The notes beneath the pieces are model-generated. The model was given only the letters and a program-made list of their open reading frames with translations. It did no database searches and was not told where the DNA came from. The position numbers and the translations under genes were made by a program. Source: a virus. From it: a DNA stretch of 64,000 bases. Where the stretch lies: IMG/VR virus record IMGVR_UViG_3300045988_090463, positions 1 through 64,000 of that record; one strand, 5' to 3'. Positions 27,411-37,734 of this stretch are shown piece by piece; the stretch's first letter is position 1; each line of letters opens with the position of its first letter.

Positions 27411-27740
27411 TTACCACTTCTCCTTTAACTGATTAATTGGTGTTCCAGCTACTCCGGCACTTTCTCCGCTGTCAGTAGCTTTGAAATACGCACCTTTGAT
27501 TTGTGGATACATAAATTCGAACATCAAATAATTCGCAGCATCGCAAAGATACTCCGTGTTACCAGTTTTCAGATATTTTTTGACACACATATCATGAGAT
27601 TCTATGGCATTTACCAATTTCTCGCCGAAATTATCTTTTGCAGTGCCGTATTTGTAAAAACTGACTTCTACTCGATTTTGTCTCAGTTCGTCAAATCTGT
27701 CTGAATACTCTGCTGGCATTTCTTTTCCAAGTCTACTCAT
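27411..27740 (-). CDS. all-alpha MazG-like NTP pyrophosphohydrolase-like protein
   Basis: DAANYLMFEF-type helix resembles phage MazG-like proteins. Weak call. Confidence 0.35.
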   Translation of the reverse strand: MSRLGKEMPAEYSDRFDELRQNRVEVSFYKYGTAKDNFGEKLVNAIESHDMCVKKYLKTGNTEYLCDAANYLMFEFMYPQIKGAYFKATDSGESAGVAGTPINQLKEKW

Positions 27741-27852
27741 TTCTTTCTCACTTTCTAATTAATTACTGTATCGTTTTCCATCTAAAATCCATTTGAAGCA
27801 TCTATGTGAGGAAATAATCGCCCTCTGTATTTAAAATAGATTTTAGGCTGTT

Positions 27853-28140
27853 TTATTCAATGAATATCTGTCCTTCATATTTTTCAAATCTGTACTTCTG
27901 TGAAATATCTGGATATTTTTCTTTATCAACCAAACTGTAAAACATTTTTTGTGGTCTGGCATATAGTTTTCTTTCTCCATACAAAGCACGGTAAATTATC
28001 AGCGGTTCGTCTGTCTCTGTATGCTTTGCTTCGCCGACAATCTTATACAGGTAATCATTGCTCCGCAAATCACTGACGGTTTCTCTCTTGAAATGTTTTA
28101 CTATGTCCCCCGGTTCAAACAATGGTCTGTCTATTGGCAT
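27853..28140 (-). CDS. DUF1653-like protein
   Basis: GDIVKHFK...[33 protein letters not shown] pattern. Confidence 0.6.
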   Translation of the reverse strand: MPIDRPLFEPGDIVKHFKRETVSDLRSNDYLYKIVGEAKHTETDEPLIIYRALYGERKLYARPQKMFYSLVDKEKYPDISQKYRFEKYEGQIFIE

Positions 28141-28144
28141 ATTT

Positions 28145-29173
28145 TCATTCCTCCCGTTTCTGTTTCACGCGGTTATACAAAATGTTCTGTGTCCTTTCTG
28201 TGAAGAACAGCCAGATACGATAATCGCAACCCATACCGTTATTCTTCCCAATGTCAGAGCCGAAATATTCGTCCATCATGTCCAGATAATACCCCGGCTC
28301 ATCGTCCTCTTCGACTATTCCGTCTTTCACCATATCCAAGTCAGCATTTCGAATCATACTCAGGAACTGGTCAAGGTCATTTGCGTAGACTATCGGATGT
28401 CGTTCTCCTCGATACTGTTTGAACTTTTCAAAAAACTGTTTGACCAATGCCATAGTCAGGCAGATGTCGTGGTCTTCCAAAATATCTTCTTTGTCCCCGT
28501 ACAGAGAATTAAATCCATTGTACAGGATTGTCGGTAGTTCTTCGTCTTTGTAATCGACAGAGCGATTCTTTTTCGCATGTGCGTACCGTTCCTGCTTCTG
28601 CTCTTTCGTTCTAGGTGGTATATTATTAATATTTATATTATTATTAAGAGCAGAAGTCTTTACTCCTTTACCAGACGATGGTAAAGTCTTTTCCTCTGCA
28701 CTTGATAAAGTACAGTCTTTATCTGTATCAGTAATTGATTTATCAGTAGTTGATATATCAGTTCTTTTATTATGGGGGTGATGTTCTACCTCTGGGACTT
28801 CTAGGGCTAGGGTTTCTATACCTTGAAAAAAAGCCTCTTGATTATTGTTATTGTCAGATACCTCATGCGGAGTTTCGTAAATGTTATAAATGTACTCAAA
28901 CTTAGATCGTCCCTCTTCTTTGCAAGGCTTTTTCTTATCCACAATAAGATACCCCGTTGCTTTTAACTCTTTTATGGTTGATTTCACTGCCGTTTCATTT
29001 TCCTTTAAAATTGCACATAACCCGGGAATAGAATAGTTCCAAGAATCCGGTAATGAAAACATTACAGATAAAAGCCCTTTTGCTTTTAAACTCAAATCCT
29101 TATCTCTAAGATGATGATTACTCATCAGCGTGTAATTCTTTGTTTTGTGTACTCTAAATACTGCCATAATCAC
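28145..29173 (-). CDS. replication-initiator-like wHTH protein (DnaD/RepA-like N-domain)
   Basis: [43 protein letters not shown] matches the N-domain seen in Firmicute plasmid/ICE/phage initiators. Confidence 0.6.
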   Translation of the reverse strand: MIMAVFRVHKTKNYTLMSNHHLRDKDLSLKAKGLLSVMFSLPDSWNYSIPGLCAILKENETAVKSTIKELKATGYLIVDKKKPCKEEGRSKFEYIYNIYETPHEVSDNNNNQEAFFQGIETLALEVPEVEHHPHNKRTDISTTDKSITDTDKDCTLSSAEEKTLPSSGKGVKTSALNNNININNIPPRTKEQKQERYAHAKKNRSVDYKDEELPTILYNGFNSLYGDKEDILEDHDICLTMALVKQFFEKFKQYRGERHPIVYANDLDQFLSMIRNADLDMVKDGIVEEDDEPGYYLDMMDEYFGSDIGKNNGMGCDYRIWLFFTERTQNILYNRVKQKREE

Positions 29174-29892
29174 ACTGCCTCCCTTTCTGAATTATTAAGT
29201 GGAATTTCACTGAAATCTCGAAGTATATCTATTCCACTATGAAACAGTTCGGAAGAATCTTCTGTTTTGCAATCTTCATTAAGAACCGGATTATTTTCAG
29301 CGATAAGTAATATTTCCAAAATGTTTGTATCTGCAATATTGTTCACTGTATAAAACATTACTCGGGTAATTTTTGCTGAGTTTTTTCGTTCCCTATAAGA
29401 TGACGTGATTCTTTGCGATAAATCAATTGATTTTCCAATATATAAAATGGTATTGTCTTCGCCAATAAAAGCGTATATGCCATGAACTTTATACAAATTA
29501 TCACACAAAAACAGCATTGATTCTATCGGAAAATCTTTACTACACTCAACGACATCTTCATTGTTCTTTTCTATAATGGATTCTCTCCATAATATCCGTG
29601 CATATGCGTCTTTATTTTTTGATATAAAGTCAGATACATCACCATATCGACTATTCTCATCAAATCTTTTGTATCCATAACAAGCCCGTGAAATTGCATT
29701 AGCATAATCAATTTGACGAACACTCGCTTTTTTCCAATTGCATTTTTTATATTCCTCTTCGTGTTCTCTGATAAATTCACTGACATCATAATAACTATCG
29801 CTTTCACTAAAAGCTGCTTCAATATTCAGCGCATCAGCAATTGCTCTGGCAAATTTTAATTGTCTTGGGGAAACTAATTTTCGACCGTTCAT
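29170..29892 (-). CDS. GIY-YIG domain protein with duplicated N-terminal helical motif
   Basis: GIYAFIGEDNTILYIGKSIDLSQR (GIY-YIG). Duplicated SPRQLKFARAIADAL / SVRQIDYANAISRAC. Start ATG 29892 behind GGAGG. Confidence 0.6.
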   Translation of the reverse strand: MNGRKLVSPRQLKFARAIADALNIEAAFSESDSYYDVSEFIREHEEEYKKCNWKKASVRQIDYANAISRACYGYKRFDENSRYGDVSDFISKNKDAYARILWRESIIEKNNEDVVECSKDFPIESMLFLCDNLYKVHGIYAFIGEDNTILYIGKSIDLSQRITSSYRERKNSAKITRVMFYTVNNIADTNILEILLIAENNPVLNEDCKTEDSSELFHSGIDILRDFSEIPLNNSEREAV

Positions 29893-30022
29893 ATAGATAA
29901 CCTCCATGTCGTTAATGTGTGACTGCCTTGTAGCCACAGATCCATGATTTATAAAAACAACAGGCAGGTGCATCATGGAATTGCACTTGTCCCCCGTCGG
30001 GTTAGCCTGTTGGTTTTACCAA

Positions 30023-30083
30023 ACAAAAAAGAGCACACCAAAGAATCGTGAGGTTTTTCCCTCGTTTCATCTTTAGTGTGCTC
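30023..30083 (-). terminator. long-hairpin intrinsic terminator after the tape measure gene
   Basis: GAGCACAC...GTGTGCTC stem followed by TTTTTTG on the - strand. Confidence 0.6.
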
Positions 30084-30140
30084 TCTTCAACAAATGTAAT
30101 AACTATTTCTCGTTTAGTATATCAAATTCTACCGCAAAAA

Positions 30141-33100
30141 TCAATATGCCGGGGACGGATTCATACGGTAATCTGTATTATTTTGAGCTTTTGTGACAAT
30201 TCGCGCCAGTTCACGTTCGTTCACCTTGATGCTGTTCATGATGTACTCTGGTGAAGAACCACCAAAGCCCCCATTGTTCATCAAAGCAGTAACTACTCCA
30301 CGCTCGACAGCTTCCATGATCTCATCTTTCGTAAGCCCCATGTTGCCGTCATATCCAGACATGATGCTGTCGGCAATGGATTTCATGGCTTTACGATTTT
30401 CCAAAGGAAGAACGGCTTCCTGTCCTGCTTCGCCTACACCAATGACAGATGCATTTTTGAACAAACCACCTTTTGCATACCAGTTTACACCAGAATCCCA
30501 TCTGTAGGACATACTATTGCCACTTGCGGATGCACTAGAATTCATGTAGATATGTGGTGTTTTGATATGGACAGACTGCAATCCATTTGATAATTCTTGC
30601 GCTGCATTTCGACCGACATTGTACAGTCCGTTCAAACTTTTCGATATATTATTGGCAAGTCGAGTGAAATATTTTGACATAGCTGGAACTTTGCTGCTGA
30701 GAACAGAATCCAGAGTATCAATAATTTGCCCCTTTCCGGTGATACGCTCTGCTGCTTTTTCCCATTTCTTTGTCATAGTATTATACTGTGATGAAAAATG
30801 GGATTCTACAGTTTTCTGCATTTCTCCCAGTTTCAAGTTGGCTGCTTGCTTCATTGAATCAAGGTTTTTGGAAACCTCTTTTGCAGAACTTCCCCATTGC
30901 GTTACAGTTGCCGTAGTGACTCCCTGCGAAGATTCAGTGGCTTTTGAATGAATTGCCTCATAATCGCTCATGGCAGTACTCTTCATATGACCAGTAGCTT
31001 TTGTTACCGCACCTGCCGCATCATTGAAATCTCTGGTGGTATTCCATCTAATTTCTGATGTTTGCTTAGACACAGATTCTTTTGCGGTCTGAACTGCATC
31101 GGGGAATGTTTCTGCAAAAATCTTTGCAACAGATTCCGTATTCAATCCCATTTCTTTTGCGGTTGCCATGATGTTTTCATAAGCTCCCTGAGCTGTGCCA
31201 CTTGCATTAGGCATATCGTATAATGCGGTATTAAGTTGAGTCTGTTGGTCAGAATTTAATCCCAACTGAGTAGTTAACTTCGGAAGGACTTCTGCCAACT
31301 CATCAACAGAGTATTTGCTAAGATTGAGACTACCTGCCATATTCGTTGATTTATCACCTAATGTTTTGATAGATTCTGATAGAATATCAAACATATCATC
31401 CGTGATAAGTCCTTGCTGATACAAAGAAGAAAATGCCTGTTCTGCCTGATCTGATGTCACTCCCATTTCTCCGAGTTTGTCAATTATCTTCTGAGTTGCC
31501 GCAGATTGCTCTTCTGCTGTCATTCCTTCTTTTTCGAGAGATTCTTTCAAGTTCCAAATTTCCGTTGCAGAACCAGATATTATGTCGCCACGTTGTTGTA
31601 ATGTCTGAATGAAATTATCCATGGTATTGCCAAATGTGGTTCCTACTCCATTGCCGCCTTGCATACTTTCTACCATACCGGCAATTTTAGAAGTTGCATA
31701 AACCGCCGCTGCACCTACACCAACAATTAATCCCGCTGTACCTACCAATGGTCCCAACTCTTTTGCCAGTGAAGCGAATTTCCCACCAGATGTTCCTGCC
31801 GCTTCGCCCAGTCCGTCAAGAACTTGTGTTGCTTCGGATGTTCCTTGTCCAAGAATACTGGATAATTTTTCGGCAATAATATCAGCGCTTTCTTTTGCCA
31901 TGATTTTATCACCGATATGACCGATAAGTTTTCCGACAAGTGTTCCGATTCCTGTGATATCTGCGATTTTTACAGCAACAAAAGCTGTTGTAAGACCGGC
32001 TGTGATCTTTCCGGACAATCCGCTTTCCCACAGTCCAGACATTGCTTCGCCAAATCCGCTTATAAGCAATTTGGCGGCTGTTGCAAGTAATTTTCCCCAT
32101 GGAAGTTGCCCGATAAAATCGCCAATGCCTTCTCCAAGCTTTCTGAATGTATTAGGAGTTAATGCATCTGTCAGGGCATCGCATAAATGGCTAAGGAAGT
32201 CTCCGAGAGCCTTTCCATTCTCTTTCCAGTGCATATCGGATATAAATTTGGAAATCCCATCGCCAAGATTTTTAGTGAAGTCATCCCAATTGAATGTTGC
32301 TGTAAAGCTTGCAAGTGCTGTAAATGCGCCGTTTATTCCAGTTGTTAATGCACTAGCAATTTCTGTAAAATTAATTTTCTCAAATACGCCATTAAGGGCA
32401 TTTCCGATATTAATTCCGATTTCGTCATATTTAAGATTTGAAACAAAACCATAGAAAATGTGCCAGCTCTTCATAAAGTTATTACCAATCAAATTTCCAA
32501 GATTAGTCCAGTCAACTTCACGAGAAAGCCCCATGATGCCTTCTGCGAATTTCTTGCCAAGGTTTTTAAAATTCGTTCCCTCAAGCAACTGATTGGCTGT
32601 ATTAACTATTGTATTAATGCCGGCTCCTACTGTACGTCCCATCAAATCCCAGTTGATATTATCAACAAGGCTGTTGAAAGTCTGGGTGAACGCACTGGTA
32701 AATTTAGTGATGTAAGGGCCTACGTTATTCCAGTTAATGAAATCATAAAGCTTTTGCATCCCCCAGTTGATGCCGTCAGCCATGATTTTTCCAAGACCTT
32801 TCCAGTCTTTTCTTTTAAAGGCATTTACAATGGCATCTGCCATTTCATTTGCCCTGTTGGACATCTTTTTAAAAGCTTCGTCCCATGCTTTTTGATATGC
32901 AGATAAAGCATCATCTAATGCAGCATCAAGCGCTGGAAGATGTGATGCGCCACCGCCAGAGCCAGAAGATGGATTACTTGTACTACCAGAATCAGAATTG
33001 TCATTAAGCTGATTCAGTTGGTCAAACGCAAGGACTGACAATGTTTTTTCGAGTTTTTTTGCGCTGGTATTGGCATTGTCAATCGCACCACTGGCATTAT

Positions 33101-34895
33101 CCATATTATCTGCAATATCTCCAGTATCTACAGAAATACCACCAGTAGATGATACAAAGTTTGACAGTTTGATTCCAAGCAATTTTGCAATATAAGCAAA
33201 CATTCTTTGTAATGCGATTACGATTGCATTGATATACGGAAGAACTGTTTGCAGTATAGGAATGAATAAGGAACCTATTGTTCTACCAAGGGATGCAAAG
33301 TTAGCTTGAAGCATACGAATCTGATTTGCCGGTTGATTGATCGTGTTTGATAAATCAGCCCATGCATACTTAGAGTTGTTCAGCAAGATAATCGTTCTTA
33401 GAATCGTTTTATCTGCCTGAGACAAATTCGATATGCTGGTATTAATTCCAAGATTATATAGTTCCTGTTGCATGTTGGCATTACGGATATTGATGCCGTA
33501 CTTGTCCATTGCACGGCTCATACCAGTCAAGCCAGATGCCATGTCCTGCCATACATCCTCGAAGTCCATGTTTCGTACAGAAGCAAGGTCAGCACCAATC
33601 ATAGTGAGTGCATTAGACAATTTTAAGGCAGTCTCTGATGTATCGCCCATAGATGATGCCATCTGTGCAAATGTTGCCTGATACTGCATTGTCTTTTCTG
33701 GGTCAAGTCCAAGACTGGCGGTATTGGTTCTAGTCAGTTCGCCAGTATCTGAAATTTCGAATCCTGTCAGTTTCTGTGAAAGCTGTTTTGCTCTTTCTTG
33801 GAATGAATTTGCATACGCTTCAGCAGATTTTATGCCACTTTTCTTCCATTCGTCAGTGTCGATCCCTTCTGCCACCTGATTGAATGCAGAGTTGAAGTAG
33901 TTCAGCGTCTCTACATAGTTCATTGCGGATTCTACTGGCGATGTCAGAACATCTAATGCTCTTTTTGCGAGGAAACCTTTGGCGTAAAGAGCACTCAACT
34001 TATTTGTTACCGAACTCAGAGGATTTGACAATCTTCTTATTTTTTCGCCAGCTTCAGAAGATGCATTTCCAATACCTGCGATTGCAGATACGGCTTTTCC
34101 GCCTAAAGAAATAGCTTTTGAAGCAAATTTTTGAAAAGCATTTGTCAGCCCATGGATTACAGTACTTGCTTTTGAACCTAACGAAGAAAGCGTGTTGAAT
34201 GAATTCGAAACGCTATTTGTGGCACGCCCTACTTTACTTCCAGACGATGCTAATACTGCAAGTGCTTCTGTCATTCTTATTGTGCTCGAACTGATATCTG
34301 GTGCGCTTTTCATTGCGTCAAAAAACTTCAAAACCTCTTGTGCAAGAGTTGATAATTGACTTGCAGTCTTTCCAGTTTTATCTCCTGCACTAGCTAATTT
34401 TCCAAGAGAAGTAATAAAAGCATTGGTGGATGCTGATACCTCGCTCATAGAGCTTAATTTAGTGGCTGCATTATTTAAACCTGTCGCAAGATTCGGAAGT
34501 TCCTTTGATACATTGCCGATATACTGTCCTGTACCGGCAAGTTTAGCTATAGCGGTTGTGAACCGGCTAACGCTCGGAGAAACATCTGGAATAGCATCAA
34601 GTTTCTGCATCTCGGTAAGAATTTCGCCTAATTTCCCTGTATCAAACTGACTAAAATCAGATTTTCCAAGACGATTGATAGCGTTTATAGCCGCATTCAA
34701 TCCATTTGCTTTAAAATTCACACTACCTAAACTTTTTAAAGAATTGGAAAAATTATTTAACCGACTTATGTCAAGATTTCCAAGGGCAGTGTTTAATGTA
34801 TCTAATTTTTTTACAAGGTTATTAATAGACCGTACCGCCTGAGTTGTGCTACTGCCTATTTGTATATTGAGGGTATCTATGGTATTATCGGCCAT
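30141..34895 (-). CDS. tail tape measure protein
   Basis: 1584 aa of Ala/Ser/Gly/Leu-rich helical repeats, located after the G/GT chaperones. Confidence 0.85.
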   Translation of the reverse strand: MADNTIDTLNIQIGSSTTQAVRSINNLVKKLDTLNTALGNLDISRLNNFSNSLKSLGSVNFKANGLNAAINAINRLGKSDFSQFDTGKLGEILTEMQKLDAIPDVSPSVSRFTTAIAKLAGTGQYIGNVSKELPNLATGLNNAATKLSSMSEVSASTNAFITSLGKLASAGDKTGKTASQLSTLAQEVLKFFDAMKSAPDISSSTIRMTEALAVLASSGSKVGRATNSVSNSFNTLSSLGSKASTVIHGLTNAFQKFASKAISLGGKAVSAIAGIGNASSEAGEKIRRLSNPLSSVTNKLSALYAKGFLAKRALDVLTSPVESAMNYVETLNYFNSAFNQVAEGIDTDEWKKSGIKSAEAYANSFQERAKQLSQKLTGFEISDTGELTRTNTASLGLDPEKTMQYQATFAQMASSMGDTSETALKLSNALTMIGADLASVRNMDFEDVWQDMASGLTGMSRAMDKYGINIRNANMQQELYNLGINTSISNLSQADKTILRTIILLNNSKYAWADLSNTINQPANQIRMLQANFASLGRTIGSLFIPILQTVLPYINAIVIALQRMFAYIAKLLGIKLSNFVSSTGGISVDTGDIADNMDNASGAIDNANTSAKKLEKTLSVLAFDQLNQLNDNSDSGSTSNPSSGSGGGASHLPALDAALDDALSAYQKAWDEAFKKMSNRANEMADAIVNAFKRKDWKGLGKIMADGINWGMQKLYDFINWNNVGPYITKFTSAFTQTFNSLVDNINWDLMGRTVGAGINTIVNTANQLLEGTNFKNLGKKFAEGIMGLSREVDWTNLGNLIGNNFMKSWHIFYGFVSNLKYDEIGINIGNALNGVFEKINFTEIASALTTGINGAFTALASFTATFNWDDFTKNLGDGISKFISDMHWKENGKALGDFLSHLCDALTDALTPNTFRKLGEGIGDFIGQLPWGKLLATAAKLLISGFGEAMSGLWESGLSGKITAGLTTAFVAVKIADITGIGTLVGKLIGHIGDKIMAKESADIIAEKLSSILGQGTSEATQVLDGLGEAAGTSGGKFASLAKELGPLVGTAGLIVGVGAAAVYATSKIAGMVESMQGGNGVGTTFGNTMDNFIQTLQQRGDIISGSATEIWNLKESLEKEGMTAEEQSAATQKIIDKLGEMGVTSDQAEQAFSSLYQQGLITDDMFDILSESIKTLGDKSTNMAGSLNLSKYSVDELAEVLPKLTTQLGLNSDQQTQLNTALYDMPNASGTAQGAYENIMATAKEMGLNTESVAKIFAETFPDAVQTAKESVSKQTSEIRWNTTRDFNDAAGAVTKATGHMKSTAMSDYEAIHSKATESSQGVTTATVTQWGSSAKEVSKNLDSMKQAANLKLGEMQKTVESHFSSQYNTMTKKWEKAAERITGKGQIIDTLDSVLSSKVPAMSKYFTRLANNISKSLNGLYNVGRNAAQELSNGLQSVHIKTPHIYMNSSASASGNSMSYRWDSGVNWYAKGGLFKNASVIGVGEAGQEAVLPLENRKAMKSIADSIMSGYDGNMGLTKDEIMEAVERGVVTALMNNGGFGGSSPEYIMNSIKVNERELARIVTKAQNNTDYRMNPSPAY

Positions 34896-34941
34896 TAAAG
34901 CACCTCCTTTTAATCAAAAAAATAAAGGGCAGACAAGACTT

Positions 34942-35768
34942 TTAATCCTGCCTGCCCTCGTCATTATTACCATGATTCAACTCAAAATTTGCTTGCATGA
35001 GTTGCAATGTCATGAGCAACCTGTCACGTTGCCGTTTCTTTTCTGCTTCAGAAAGATTCTCTTCATCCTCTTGCTTTTGCTTTTCAGCTGTTTGTGAAAA
35101 TGGCTCTTTAAGGTATTCAGCCTTTGACTTTTTACCAATAAGCACATTTGCAACCGCAGTCTGAACTGCACACATTGTGTACATGTTGAACTGCCATGCT
35201 TCTGCATCTGATACTTTACGTTTCAAGTTGTAGGCTTCCATGTATGGTTCTAAATCATATGGTGTGGAATCCCAAAACTTTTCCTCAGAAACGCCAATAG
35301 ACAAATAAAGTGGAAGTAGCTTTTTATGGACTACTTCAGGAAAGCTCAGCTCTTCTTCTTGTGATCCTGCGGAGTCTTCGGAAGTTTCTTTTCTTCCTCC
35401 GATTTCTCCTCCATTGCTTTTACCATTCCGGATAAAAAACCGTTCTTCTCAAGCTCCTTGCTTGCTTTTTCAAATAAAATGAATCCATTCTGAGGATTTT
35501 CCTCTGTGGATTCATCTTCGTAATCATCCAGAAGGTCACATACCTTTTCATATGCAACTTTCTTTTCCTCTTCGGTTTCATACCCAAATTCATCTTTGTG
35601 TTTTCTTTGCAGTCCTGCCAGAATCAGTTCTGGAAGCATTTTAATCATATCTTTCGGATTATTGATTGCCCCCATAGAAGACACCTGTGTAAGAATGTCC
35701 GACTGAGTAAGCACTCCGTATCCGAATTTTACTTTGTATGTTTTATCATTTACTGAGAAACTAAACAT
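34942..35768 (-). CDS. tail assembly chaperone GT fusion (-1 frameshift product)
   Basis: The -1 frame is open from the slippery site through 34942. The track ORF 34942..35304 is its distal part. Confidence 0.65.
35346..35768 (-). CDS. tail assembly chaperone G
   Basis: 140 aa, acidic, between the major tail and tape measure genes. Confidence 0.7.
   Translation of the reverse strand: MFSFSVNDKTYKVKFGYGVLTQSDILTQVSSMGAINNPKDMIKMLPELILAGLQRKHKDEFGYETEEEKKVAYEKVCDLLDDYEDESTEENPQNGFILFEKASKELEKNGFLSGMVKAMEEKSEEEKKLPKTPQDHKKKS
35433..35439 (-). promoter_or_regulatory. -1 programmed frameshift slippery heptamer T TTT TTA
   Basis: In the zero frame GGT TTT TTA. The -1 frame has no stop from here to 34942. 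Confidence 0.65.
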
Positions 35769-35792
35769 GAATTATCCTCCCTGATCTACATC

Positions 35793-36272
35793 TTATTCAG
35801 CAGCCGCTGTCGGCTCAATTTTGGTATCCAGTCCCTTATATGTATTGATGATAAGAGAAATAGACATGGTTGCTGCTTCGTTCTGTGCAATTTCTGGCAT
35901 TGGAATTTCGCGACCGCATTCCGCAATAACAAAGAATGCGTCGGACATATCCGGGAACGACACCTGAAACCAGGTTGCCAGTCCTGTAGTTTTTGCAGTC
36001 TTAGAATCTTCGTACAGTTTTTTAATCTGTTTAACAGATTTGTCTGGATCCATGATGAATTCAATTTCCCATGTACCACCAGTATCCTGTCTACCAGCTG
36101 CATACTGAGTTATATAATCTTCCAGCGCAGAAACGTCAATCTGTTCTGTGTCAAGAGAAATACCGCCGATGGAAGAGGGTTCTTCCAGCTGTGTGAATTT
36201 GGTAGGTTTTGTGTCTTTCACGGTTTCAACGGCATATGAAAATTTCACACCAAGTGTAGTTAATCGTGCCAT
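35793..36272 (-). CDS. major tail protein
   Basis: 159 aa, strong RBS, position upstream of the chaperones. Confidence 0.65.
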   Translation of the reverse strand: MARLTTLGVKFSYAVETVKDTKPTKFTQLEEPSSIGGISLDTEQIDVSALEDYITQYAAGRQDTGGTWEIEFIMDPDKSVKQIKKLYEDSKTAKTTGLATWFQVSFPDMSDAFFVIAECGREIPMPEIAQNEAATMSISLIINTYKGLDTKIEPTAAAE

Positions 36273-36314
36273 TATTCGGCTCCTTTCTGCCTTTCGGCTA
36301 TAAATTATTACAAT

Positions 36315-36336
36315 AAAAAAGAGCCTTAATGGCTCT
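36315..36336 (-). terminator. intrinsic terminator after the holin gene
   Basis: AGAGCC-ATTAA-GGCTCT followed by TTTTTT on the - strand. Confidence 0.6.
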
Positions 36337-36384
36337 GGTTCTAGTACGTAACCCTGTACCGGGAGATAAAAGGATCACCTCCTT

Positions 36385-36678
36385 CTAGTCTTCTTTGCTT
36401 GCCTGCTTTACGATCTGATTTACATAATTACTAAGTCCTGCAACGAGGATTCCCTGTGTGATTGCGGTAAAAATTGCCATTGCGATTTCCTGCGCGCCAG
36501 ATATAGCGCATGTAGCAATAACATAAATTCCACAAATCAGAATGCCTAAAGCACCAAGGATTGCCGGGATATATTTGTCCGGTATGACTTCGGACTTTTT
36601 AATACCCATTCCGATAAAGTACAGTACAACCGCAACAATAAGAAGTTCCGGTTTCACGTAATTCATAATCTGCTCCAT
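36385..36678 (-). CDS. holin (phi-LC3/SPP1-type, three TM)
   Basis: 97 aa. Three hydrophobic helices and a charged C-terminus KQASKED. Confidence 0.65.
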   Translation of the reverse strand: MEQIMNYVKPELLIVAVVLYFIGMGIKKSEVIPDKYIPAILGALGILICGIYVIATCAISGAQEIAMAIFTAITQGILVAGLSNYVNQIVKQASKED

Positions 36679-36695
36679 ATTTTCTCACTCCTTTC

Positions 36696-37097
36696 CTAGA
36701 GTAATGTACCGGTATAAATCCGGCTATATCTGCTAACAACACGTTTTATGCTGTTATCAGCATTATTCTGTCTTACAGGCCCGTATATCCTACGAAACCC
36801 CATGTCAACCATGGCCTTGTGGCTGGCATCGTCAATTTCATATACTTTTGAAGAAGCTTTTGAACCAGTCGCATAGGATTCTGATTGGAAAGATGGTGTT
36901 GTCGCGCACTCATCCCCCTCAAGATTGCCACGTGATGTTGGATTTCCAAGCAAGAACAAACGTGCGTAAACCCTTTTGTTTGAAGCTATCGTCTGACTTT
37001 CGTCATTAGAAAAGTTCCCTTTTCCTATAACGGGTTCAATAGTTGTTTTCCATCGTTCAAATACGTCTGAAACTGGATTTTTCACTACATCTGGCAT
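36696..37097 (-). CDS. tail completion / head-tail joining protein
   Basis: Start ATG 37097 behind AAGGTGGTGA. The track start 37175 lies inside the intergenic module. Confidence 0.45.
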   Translation of the reverse strand: MPDVVKNPVSDVFERWKTTIEPVIGKGNFSNDESQTIASNKRVYARLFLLGNPTSRGNLEGDECATTPSFQSESYATGSKASSKVYEIDDASHKAMVDMGFRRIYGPVRQNNADNSIKRVVSRYSRIYTGTLL

Positions 37098-37124
37098 CTC
37101 TGTCACCACCTTGTTTTGAGCATA

Positions 37125-37153
37125 GAAAAAGCACCCACCATTCCGGTAGATGC
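37125..37153 (-). terminator. intrinsic terminator (module B)
   Basis: GCATCTACC-GGAAT-GGTGGGTGC followed by TTTTTC on the - strand. Confidence 0.6.
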
Positions 37154-37184
37154 TTTTATATCTTACAGTATACATAAAACAGAC

Positions 37185-37212
37185 GTTATATTCAGTAAGA
37201 AAAGGTGTTATG
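37185..37212 (-). repeat. intergenic box, copy B
   Basis: - strand CATAACACCTTTTCTTACTGAATATAAC. 26 nt identical to copy A. Confidence 0.7.
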
Positions 37213-37215
37213 TTT

Positions 37216-37734
37216 TTATGCAGAAAACACTTCTTTTGCTATTCTGCGGATATTTTGCATAATTTCTACGCTTGCTTTGTACACGGGCATTGTAGCCTCC
37301 GTACCGTAAGAACGTACCCATTCGCCAGAATCAGAGACATATACCCACGATTCATTTTCTCCTTTACCCTGTCCGTAAGAACCAATAGTATATCCAAATT
37401 CTTCTCCTTTTGGATGGGGGCTTGTTCCTGCCGGAGTGTTGTACGAAATACCTGCACCGAATTCTATGAATAAAAGCCCAGAACCCTCGCACACAAGAGT
37501 TGCCTGCGCGTAATTTCCGAACCTGTTGATTTTGATGTAGGTATTGTGGTTTTTATCAGAATCTCCCTGTGCCAACATAATATTTTCGTCTATGACAGGA
37601 ATTCCCAATTCGCAAAGTCTTTTAAGAAATACTTCATTTTTATCGCGAAGGCTGTTTTGATATGCTTTCAACTCTTTGATTGCATTTCCAATAGATTTTT
37701 GACTCAGATTGCATTTGATTACTCGTCCGCTCAT
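37216..37734 (-). CDS. HK97 gp10-like tail component
   Basis: 172 aa. Position and general pattern only. Confidence 0.4.
   Translation of the reverse strand: MSGRVIKCNLSQKSIGNAIKELKAYQNSLRDKNEVFLKRLCELGIPVIDENIMLAQGDSDKNHNTYIKINRFGNYAQATLVCEGSGLLFIEFGAGISYNTPAGTSPHPKGEEFGYTIGSYGQGKGENESWVYVSDSGEWVRSYGTEATMPVYKASVEIMQNIRRIAKEVFSA

Noticed and set aside
30193-34650. Many + strand track ORFs antisense to the tape measure gene. The same applies to those antisense to recT, the ATPase, the fibre, portal and terL genes.
   Set aside because: They are typical shadow ORFs of long - strand genes, with low-complexity translations and no RBS.
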